A stretch of DNA of 64,000 nucleotides from contig CBDUPA010000026.1 of the NCBI GenBank assembly GCA_965368975.1, positions 5,488 to 69,487 on the forward strand. The letters are read 5' to 3'. This DNA comes from an uncultured bacterium (lineage in GTDB: Bacteria; Acidobacteriota; Thermoanaerobaculia; Multivoradales; JAHZIX01). The notes under the pieces are model-generated. The model saw only the letters and a program-made list of their open reading frames with translations. It searched no databases and was not told the DNA's origin. Shown piece by piece: positions 43,707 through 51,372 of this stretch. Position numbers and translations under genes: made by a program. Numbering within the stretch: position 1 is the first letter of the stretch; each line of letters begins with the position of its first letter.

Positions 43707-46422
43707 ACGGGCACCCGACACACCGGTGCGTCAGCGCTTGCCGGTGCGTTCGCTCGCGGTCTTGGCGCTGTTTGTCCTCTCGGGTGCCGGCTCGTTGATG
43801 GACCAGGTAGTGTGGCTGCGGTACCTGAGCCTGAGCTTCGGCAACACGACCTACGCTGCCGCGACGCTGCTCGCCGTCTTCATGGGCGGGCTCGGGCTCG
43901 GTGCGCTGCTCTTCGGTCGCTTGGCTGATCGGCTGCGGCGGCCCCTGGCGGTCTTCGCCGCGGTACAGGTCGGCGTGGCGCTGTTCGCCATGGCGTCGCC
44001 CTGGCTGTTCGACGGTATCGACGCCGGCTACGTCTGGCTGTACCGCACCTGGGGCGCGCAGCCGCTGCTGTTCGCCGTGGGGCGCGCCGTCCTGGCCGCG
44101 TTCTTCCTGCTGCCGCCAACGTTGTTGATGGGCGGCACCTTGCCGTTGATCCTACGCGCAGTCACAGCGGCACCGGCGAGCGACAATGGAGTGGCGGGTA
44201 CAACCGGAACCGTGCGCCACGATGTGGGGCGCGTGACGGCGCTGGCCTACGCCCTCAACACGCTGGGCGCCGTGTGTGGAGTCGCGCTTGCGGGTTTTCT
44301 CACCATTCGGCTGCTCGGCCTCTACGCGACCTTGCTGCTGGCCGCTGGCTTCGACCTGACGGCGGGCCTCGGCTGCTTGTTGCTGTCGCGGACGGTCGGA
44401 CGTGAGGAGGAGCCGGCTCCAACCGACGCTGCATCGATCTCTAGCGGCCCTCCGGAGTCCGGCAACAAGCCTGCTCCGCCATCTCGACGCCTACGCTGGG
44501 CACTGCTCGGCCTGTTCTTTTTCATGGGTGCATCGAGTCTGGCGCTGGAAGTGCTGTGGACGCGCATTCTGGTCTTCTTCCTCGGCTCGAGCGTCTATGC
44601 CTACAGCCTGATGCTGCTGCTCTTCCTGCTCGGCGTCGGTGCCGGCAGCCTGCTCTTGACGCCGTGGGTCGACCGGCTACGCTCGCCTCTCGTCGCCCTG
44701 GCGGTACTGGAGGCGGCGCTGGGCGCCTGGGCGCTGGCGCAGGTCGGCTTGTTCCAGCACCTCAACGACCTGCTGGCCTGGACCGCTGAGCGCTCGCCCT
44801 GGCAGGAGGGCTTCTCCGCTCTGGTTCTGACCCAACTCGTTGCGCTGCTACCCGTGTTGTTGCCGCCGACGCTGCTGATGGGCGCCTCCTTCCCGCTGGC
44901 GGTGCGCGCCCTGCATCAGACGGACCCGGAGCGCGTCGGCTGGGACGTTGGCAGGGTGTATGGCGCCAACACCCTCGGTTCCGTCGTCGGCTCGCTGACC
45001 GCCGGCTTCCTGTGCATCCCGCTGCTCGGTACGCAGAACAGCCTGGTCGTCGTCGGTGCCGTCAATGCGCTGCTGGCGGCGGTGGTGCTGTGGATGCTGG
45101 TGCCCCGATCCCTCTCGAGCACGTGGCTACCTCGCGGCGCGCGCTGGGCTGCCGTGGCGCTGCCGGTCTTGATCGTCGCCTCGATTCTCTGGCTGCCACC
45201 CGATCGCGTGATCCTGAGCGCTGGCCTGTTCGCTGCCGACCGTCCGGGCGACCTGCTCTACTTTCACGAGGACGCCTCGGCAACCGTCACGATTCGCCGT
45301 CAAGGCACCGACCAGAACCCGTACGAGGTGCTGGAATTGAACGGTGTCAACGTCGCCGGCACCAGCTCCGATCTCTACGCGGTGCAGAAGATGCAGGGAC
45401 ACCTGCCACTGATCCTGGCCGACGCGCCGAAGCGCGTGGCACACATCGGCTTCGGCAGCGGCGGCACCGCCTGGGCCGTGTCGCGCCACCCGGTGGAGGA
45501 GATCCGCATCATCGAGATCAGCCAGGCGGTGCTCGATGCGTCGGGCAGCTGGTTCGGGCACATCAACCACGACGTGCTCAGGGATCCGCGCGTGGTGCGC
45601 GAGATCAACGACGGTCGCAACTACCTGCTGGCCAGCGAGCGTACCTTCGACGCGGTGCTCTCTGACTCGATCCACCCGCGCTACTCGGGCAACGGCTCGC
45701 TCTACAGCCTCGAATACTTCCGCCTGCTGCGCGCGCGCCTGGAACCGGGTGGCGTCGCGTCCATGTGGTTGCCCACCTACGCCCTGACGCCGCGCAACTT
45801 TCAGATGGTGGTCAAGGCCTTCGCCGAGGTCTTCGCCGAGCCGACCGTATGGTACGAACCGTCGGCGCTCAACTCCTTTACCATCGTCACCGGCCGCGTC
45901 GAAGACACGGACGGCCGCGTGCGTCCCTGGAACCCTCGGCAGCTGCAGCGGGTCTTCCACGACCCACGGGTGAGCGGCGAACTGGCCGACCTGGGTGTAC
46001 ACGGTCCGGCGGAAGTGCTGGGGTGTTACGTCTTGGGTGGCGATCGGCTGCGTGCCTGGCTGGCCGACGTGCCGCCGCACACGGACGACCTACCGGCGGT
46101 GGAGTACGAGAGTGGCACCCTGGTGCTGCGCGACTTCACCTGGCTCGTCACCTTCACCAAATTGCTCGAACAGCGACCGGCGTCAGTACCGGCGCGCTAC
46201 TTGGAGGGTCTGGACATCGCTGAGCAAGCCCGCGCCCAAGAGGTCTACGATGCCTACGGTCGACGCATGCAGGAACACCGCGAGCTGCTGCTGAGTGGCA
46301 TGGCCCGCGCTCTTGGGCTGCGTCGTGACCAACTACCGGTCGAGCTGTTCGGAGAACCTGCTCTCTTGGATTCCGGACAGCCGGGGCTCTTGGGTGAAGC
46401 CGGGCCGAGTGTGAGAAACTAG
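43696..46422 (+). CDS. Fused multi-TM (MFS-like) / spermidine-synthase-like protein
   Basis: The N-terminal ~500 aa are polytopic (FVLSGAGSLMDQVVWLRYLSLSFGNTTYA). The C-terminal part is a class I SpeE-like fold (HIGFGSGGTA, IIEIS, INDGRNYL, LSDSIHP). Confidence 0.85.
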   Translation: MRPERAPDTPVRQRLPVRSLAVLALFVLSGAGSLMDQVVWLRYLSLSFGNTTYAAATLLAVFMGGLGLGALLFGRLADRLRRPLAVFAAVQVGVALFAMASPWLFDGIDAGYVWLYRTWGAQPLLFAVGRAVLAAFFLLPPTLLMGGTLPLILRAVTAAPASDNGVAGTTGTVRHDVGRVTALAYALNTLGAVCGVALAGFLTIRLLGLYATLLLAAGFDLTAGLGCLLLSRTVGREEEPAPTDAASISSGPPESGNKPAPPSRRLRWALLGLFFFMGASSLALEVLWTRILVFFLGSSVYAYSLMLLLFLLGVGAGSLLLTPWVDRLRSPLVALAVLEAALGAWALAQVGLFQHLNDLLAWTAERSPWQEGFSALVLTQLVALLPVLLPPTLLMGASFPLAVRALHQTDPERVGWDVGRVYGANTLGSVVGSLTAGFLCIPLLGTQNSLVVVGAVNALLAAVVLWMLVPRSLSSTWLPRGARWAAVALPVLIVASILWLPPDRVILSAGLFAADRPGDLLYFHEDASATVTIRRQGTDQNPYEVLELNGVNVAGTSSDLYAVQKMQGHLPLILADAPKRVAHIGFGSGGTAWAVSRHPVEEIRIIEISQAVLDASGSWFGHINHDVLRDPRVVREINDGRNYLLASERTFDAVLSDSIHPRYSGNGSLYSLEYFRLLRARLEPGGVASMWLPTYALTPRNFQMVVKAFAEVFAEPTVWYEPSALNSFTIVTGRVEDTDGRVRPWNPRQLQRVFHDPRVSGELADLGVHGPAEVLGCYVLGGDRLRAWLADVPPHTDDLPAVEYESGTLVLRDFTWLVTFTKLLEQRPASVPARYLEGLDIAEQARAQEVYDAYGRRMQEHRELLLSGMARALGLRRDQLPVELFGEPALLDSGQPGLLGEAGPSVRN

Positions 46423-46428
46423 CCGACG

Positions 46429-48273
46429 ATGCCGAACCGTTTCCCCGGAACCTTGGGCGGAGGTGGCGATACCTCCACTGGACTGGTCGCGCCCCCCGCT
46501 GGTGGCGCGCTGCCGGAACGCTATGGCCTGCGCGAGCAGGAAGAGGCACGTTTCCTGTACTGCAAGGAGACGCCGAACCTGAGCGTTGGCATCGACCGTA
46601 GCTACAGCGTCTCCGAGGCCGACGCGCGCAAGCTGGGCAGCCACGTCATCCTGCTCGACGGCGCCGGCCGCTTTCAACCGCTGCTCGACGACAACCAGCA
46701 TCTCTACAACCTGGACCACCACAAAGGCTGCCTGCGCGCCTTCACCCTGGCGACCTGCGAGCAGGCGCTGGTACTGGTGCTCAAGGGGCTGGAACTCGAA
46801 TCCGGTGACTGGAAGCTGTGGGCCAACGAGCCGGACCTGGACACGGTCTTCTCGATCTGGGTGCTGCTCAACCACCGACGTCTGCGCACGCTGCGGCCGG
46901 AAGCCTTCGACGTCATCGCGCCGCTACTGCGCCTGGAAGGCGCGATCGACGCCAACGGCTACGAAGTGGCCGAGTTCTGCGGCTTGCCGCGGCGCGTCTA
47001 TGAGGACACCAAGGTGCTGCTCGACTCGCTTTTTCGGCGCGAGCAGGAGGTCAAGAACGCCGGCGAGTGGGAGAGCCAGGACCTGATGGCCTACACCGTC
47101 GACATGCTCGATCGCATCGATCACCTGGTCTACGAGCGCGCCGACTTCGAAGATTTTGTCAGCGTCGAGAAGGAATACGGGCACGTCGAGATCGGTGGCG
47201 GTAAGGTGGCGGTCGTGTGCCGCGACGAGGGCGGTATCTACGACGTCGAGAAGCGACTCAAGAAGGTGTGGGGCGACCGTCTGGGCGTGGTGGCGCTGGA
47301 GAAGAACAGCGGTCACTACACGCTGCGTCGTACCGCTTCGCTGTCCGGCATCGACCTGGAGCAGGCGTACGAGAAACTCAACTTGCTCGACCCGGCGGTC
47401 GACGGGCGGCCGGCGGAGAAGCGCTGGGGCGGCTCGGACGATATCGGCGGCTCGCCGCGACCCAGCGGCTCCAAACTGAGCCCCAACCAACTCGGCCGCA
47501 TCCTGCGTCTGGCCTACAGCACGCCCGGAGCCTGGGCCGAGCTGAAGCACATCGCCATGACCACCCTGGTGACCGCCGTCTTGCTGCTGGCGCCGGGTCT
47601 GGTGCTCTACCTGTGGAACCGTTTCGATGGCGCCGCCGAGATTCCGATGGGATTGGCCGGTCGCTGCGCTGTCACCGCGCTGCTGATGCTCGCCGGAACC
47701 GTGCTACTCAGCCGCGAGTTCTCCAACCGGCGGCTGTGGCTGTTTGGCTGGCGCCACTTTGCCGGTCGTGACTGGCTGGTACTGGTGCCACCGTTGCTGC
47801 TCAGCGTGCTGGCCGGCGGTGCCTGGTGGCCGGGCCGTCTGCAGATCGGGGCCGAGGGGGGCGCTGTCGGTGTGGGTGGCAATGGCGTCGTGGCTTCGAT
47901 CTTCGGCGTGCTACTGCTCTTCGCCCTGGTGCAGGAGCTGGCTTTCCGTGGCCTGGTGCACGGCATGCTGCTGCTCGACGCGCGCGTGCAGCGAGTGGGC
48001 GGTGGCTGGTTCGTCTCCGGTCCCGTGTGGTTCGCCGCGCTGCTGTTCGCCATCGCCACCCTGGGCCTGAGCTTCTTCGACTTCGCCGGCGCGGCGCCGA
48101 GCGTCGCCGCCGTTCTCGACCTGGAATCGCTCGGCAGCGCGGTTGTCGCCGCTCTGGCGGCGCTGCTCACTGGCCTGCTGGCGGGGCTGATCCGCGAGCG
48201 TAGCCTGAGCTTGTGGCCCGCTCTGCTGACCGTTCTGACCGGCTACCTGCTGCGCTGGTGGCTTACGGGCTGA
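46429..48273 (+). CDS. Two-part protein: unknown N-terminal soluble domain plus C-terminal CPBP (CAAX/Abi-type) intramembrane protease domain
   Basis: The C-terminal third is polytopic and has VQELAFRGLVHG, which resembles CPBP motif 1 (EExxxR). The N-terminal domain contains NLDHHKGC but I cannot place it in a family. Confidence 0.65.
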   Translation: MPNRFPGTLGGGGDTSTGLVAPPAGGALPERYGLREQEEARFLYCKETPNLSVGIDRSYSVSEADARKLGSHVILLDGAGRFQPLLDDNQHLYNLDHHKGCLRAFTLATCEQALVLVLKGLELESGDWKLWANEPDLDTVFSIWVLLNHRRLRTLRPEAFDVIAPLLRLEGAIDANGYEVAEFCGLPRRVYEDTKVLLDSLFRREQEVKNAGEWESQDLMAYTVDMLDRIDHLVYERADFEDFVSVEKEYGHVEIGGGKVAVVCRDEGGIYDVEKRLKKVWGDRLGVVALEKNSGHYTLRRTASLSGIDLEQAYEKLNLLDPAVDGRPAEKRWGGSDDIGGSPRPSGSKLSPNQLGRILRLAYSTPGAWAELKHIAMTTLVTAVLLLAPGLVLYLWNRFDGAAEIPMGLAGRCAVTALLMLAGTVLLSREFSNRRLWLFGWRHFAGRDWLVLVPPLLLSVLAGGAWWPGRLQIGAEGGAVGVGGNGVVASIFGVLLLFALVQELAFRGLVHGMLLLDARVQRVGGGWFVSGPVWFAALLFAIATLGLSFFDFAGAAPSVAAVLDLESLGSAVVAALAALLTGLLAGLIRERSLSLWPALLTVLTGYLLRWWLTG

Positions 48274-48280
48274 TACCGTG

Positions 48281-51200
48281 ATGTTCCGATCTCCTGCTGT
48301 CTGGTCCCTTCGCCGATCATCTCTATCGGCGGCACGTGCTGTACTGATAGCTGTATTGGTGGGCATCGTTCACCTGCCAACCAGCCCGGCCGCCGCCCAG
48401 GCATGGGATGAGTTTCCCGTGCCCGCCGATGGTCAGCGCCTGGCCGTGCCGTCGAGCCTGGACGGCCCGCAGTACAACTTCTTGCGCACCTGCCTGCGCG
48501 ACAAGAACTCGATCTCCGGCGCCAGCTACTGGGGCGCGGTGGTCAACAACAGTTCGCGCCGCGGTGATCCCGACGACGGCGAGGCGACGCCCTATGTCGA
48601 CGCCCTGTACCAGGATTGGCGCCGTCGTGGCGTTGGTATCGAGCCACAGCGCCACATCCTGATCTTGATCGCGCTCGAGAATCGTGCTGTCGCCATCCAC
48701 CCGGGAAGCTCTTGGGCTGATCAAAACTTCGATCCGAACCGCGTCGACATGGGCAAGTTCGGTGACTACATGCGCGACGGCAACACCGATCTGGCGGTGT
48801 GCAACCTGGTCGAGGCGATCGACACCTACCTGACCACCCTGGACACCGCCGGTCAGCCGCCGCTCAGTGTGCCGCAGCGCGGCGAGCGCCGACCCGCTCA
48901 GCCGGTCGGCGCTTTGCCCGCTACGGCCGCGGCTCCGGCCGAGTTGCCTGGTGGCTGTGTTTGGGGGCTGTTCTTCCTGGTGCTGCTCTTCGGCCTGCTG
49001 CTGGTGCGCGGTCGGCGTAAGGCGACAGCCAGGGAACGGGCCGAGATGGAGGCCGAGCTGGCACGCTGGCAAGAGCAGATCAACGCCGCCGGTCAGCGTC
49101 TGCTAGAGCTGGAGAACCAGCATCCTCTCTACCTACAGTCGGGCTCACAGCGTTGGGAGGGCGAAAGCGCCGAGCTAGACCAGGAATGCGCCGACGCCGT
49201 CAACCACCTCTTCCTGCTCTACTCAAAGGCTTTCGAGTTGTTGCAGGATGCTCAGAATCAGGCCCAACGTGCCAAGGGGGGCTGGTCCGCCAAGCCCTAC
49301 AAGGACGTGTTGAAGACCCTGCGCGAGACCGTCGTGCGTTTCGAGACCGGCGAGGCCGAGCCGAACCGGCGTATCTTCCTGCCGCTCACGCGGGACTACG
49401 AGAACACCGCGCCTGGGTTGCTGCAGGATCTGGACAGCGCTTACGCCGAAGCGCTCGAACACCTGGAGTTCGTCGCCGAGGTTCAGCTACAGGCTGGCGC
49501 CGCCGCCGATGCTTGCAGCCGTGCTGCCGAAGCGGCCATGGCGGCGGCCGAAGCCCGCGGTGCACTCGAGTTGCCGGTCGAGCCGCTGATGCAGGAGCTG
49601 GAGCCGCTGCTGGCCCGGCGCGACGAGTTGCGTGCCCGCCTGGGTCGCGACCCGCTCGGCATCGGCGATGCCTTCGCCGAGGTCACCATGCAGCTGGACG
49701 CCGTGCGCGTGCGCGGCGAGCAGGGCAACGCGACGGTCGAGCAGCTGCGCGGTCCGGTCAGCGAGCTGGGCAGCCGGCTTCGCGCGCGCGTCGAGCACCT
49801 GCGCGGCCAGGGCGTGGCGCTGCGCGAGCCCGGCTTCGAGCCCGAAGTGCGACTCGACCACGGTAGTGCCGAGGCTGCACGGGCGATCGAAGAGGTGGCG
49901 GCTGGCCAGGAAGCCTCCGCCGTCGAACGCTTGCAACGCTTGCAGGAAGGGCTGCAGGAGCTCGAAGGGGAGATCGAAGCCTGGCACCAGGCACCCGAGA
50001 CGCTGCCGCGGCTGCGTGCTGACCTGCAGCGCGACCGGGCGCAGGTGGAGCAGCGCGTCCCGAACGGTCGCCGCATCCTCGACGAACTTGCCGAAGAGCA
50101 CGCCGCTGACGCCTTCCGTCGCGAGGCTGACAACCTGGACGAGCTCAGCCAGCTACTGACGCGGTTCGACGATTGGCAGGCGCAGATTCTGAAAGCCGAG
50201 GGAGCCCATCACTACCTCGCGGCGTTGGCGGACGCCGAGGGGTGCCGCGGCTTGCTGGCGCAAGGCAGCGTCCTGCTCGACGAGATCGACAGCATTCACC
50301 AGCGACTCGAAGATGCCCGCTCGCTGGCACTCGGCGATCTCGATACCCTGCGGCGTCAGCGTGGCGATGTGACGAACGCGAGCGGTCCAGGCGTCGACAG
50401 CGAGCTGCGTCGGCAGCTAGAGCAGCGGGCGTCCGAGGTCGCCGGTCTGCTCGACGCGGCCGACGAGGATCGCCCCAACTGGCTGCAGGTCGCTGCCGCT
50501 GCCGCTGCCACCCGCCAGGACCTGGAAGAGCTGCTCCAGCAGGCCGCCGAGCAGCGCGCGCTGCACGCGCAAGCGCGTGAACAGGCAGCGCAACTCGAGA
50601 ACCGTTTGCGAACCCTCGACCAGCAAGTCGAGAGCGAGCGGCGCGATCGCCCGCACGTGGCGCGCGCCGTCGTCGACGTACATCAGCGCTTCGATGATCT
50701 CGACCGTCAGCTCGACAGTCCAGAGGTTGCCGGCGACGAGCAGCTGCACGCCGTGCGCGATGCCGCCTCGGCCCTGGAGTGGGCCGAAGGGGTGCTGCGC
50801 AGCGAACTGCAGGCGATTCGCCTGGCCGAAGCCGAGCTGGACTCCGCGCGCGATGCCGTGCGGGCTCTCGGGTATCAGCACTTTGGCCACGGCGTCGCGG
50901 CCAACACCTCGGGACCGAGTTCCGAGCTGCGGCGTGCCGAGAGTTCGGCGGCGTCCAACGATTGGGACGAGGTCCTGAGCGCGTCGCGGCGCGCCAAGGC
51001 CGAGGCCGAGGCCGAGTCACGACGGGCGCAGAGCGAAGCGCGCCGGCGCGAACAGGAACAACGCCGCCGGCTGCGCCAGCAGCGGCTGCAGCAAGCTGCC
51101 ACCGCGGCTGCAGCGGTGGCGGCCATCGCCAGTTCCCAGCGCGCCTCCGCGGCGCCGTCGTTCACCATCAGCAACCCGTTCGGTGGTTCGTCGGGGGGGG

Positions 51201-51322
51201 CGTCGCGGCGTTCCAGCGGCTCCAGTCTGTCCACGTCGCGTTCCAGTTTCGGAGGCGGTGCGTCGAGCAAGGGTGGCTGGACACAGAGCAAGACGTCGCG
51301 CTCGTGGAACGCTCGCTGGTAG
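48281..51322 (+). CDS. TPM-domain protein with one TM helix, a ~650-aa coiled-coil region and a Gly/Ser-rich tail
   Basis: Signal peptide ending AAAQA. TPM-like core YVDALYQDW...HILILIALENRAVAIHPGSSW. TM helix GLFFLVLLFGLLLV. A long Glu/Arg/Leu/Ala heptad-like region follows, then the tail GGSSGGASRRSSGSSLSTSRSSFGGGASSKGG. The ORF-track start at 48278 is a GTG one codon upstream. Confidence 0.7.
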   Translation: MFRSPAVWSLRRSSLSAARAVLIAVLVGIVHLPTSPAAAQAWDEFPVPADGQRLAVPSSLDGPQYNFLRTCLRDKNSISGASYWGAVVNNSSRRGDPDDGEATPYVDALYQDWRRRGVGIEPQRHILILIALENRAVAIHPGSSWADQNFDPNRVDMGKFGDYMRDGNTDLAVCNLVEAIDTYLTTLDTAGQPPLSVPQRGERRPAQPVGALPATAAAPAELPGGCVWGLFFLVLLFGLLLVRGRRKATARERAEMEAELARWQEQINAAGQRLLELENQHPLYLQSGSQRWEGESAELDQECADAVNHLFLLYSKAFELLQDAQNQAQRAKGGWSAKPYKDVLKTLRETVVRFETGEAEPNRRIFLPLTRDYENTAPGLLQDLDSAYAEALEHLEFVAEVQLQAGAAADACSRAAEAAMAAAEARGALELPVEPLMQELEPLLARRDELRARLGRDPLGIGDAFAEVTMQLDAVRVRGEQGNATVEQLRGPVSELGSRLRARVEHLRGQGVALREPGFEPEVRLDHGSAEAARAIEEVAAGQEASAVERLQRLQEGLQELEGEIEAWHQAPETLPRLRADLQRDRAQVEQRVPNGRRILDELAEEHAADAFRREADNLDELSQLLTRFDDWQAQILKAEGAHHYLAALADAEGCRGLLAQGSVLLDEIDSIHQRLEDARSLALGDLDTLRRQRGDVTNASGPGVDSELRRQLEQRASEVAGLLDAADEDRPNWLQVAAAAAATRQDLEELLQQAAEQRALHAQAREQAAQLENRLRTLDQQVESERRDRPHVARAVVDVHQRFDDLDRQLDSPEVAGDEQLHAVRDAASALEWAEGVLRSELQAIRLAEAELDSARDAVRALGYQHFGHGVAANTSGPSSELRRAESSAASNDWDEVLSASRRAKAEAEAESRRAQSEARRREQEQRRRLRQQRLQQAATAAAAVAAIASSQRASAAPSFTISNPFGGSSGGASRRSSGSSLSTSRSSFGGGASSKGGWTQSKTSRSWNARW

Positions 51323-51372
51323 CTACTGTGTCCCTGGTCGCCAGCTAGGCCACTAGGCATGGGACTAGCAAA

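Noticed and set aside
46429-47600. DHH-family phosphoesterase assignment for the N-terminal domain, based on NLDHH
   Set aside because: I could find only a DHH-like tripeptide and a possible motif II (VILLDGA). The DxD motif I and the other family motifs are not evident. A single tripeptide is insufficient.
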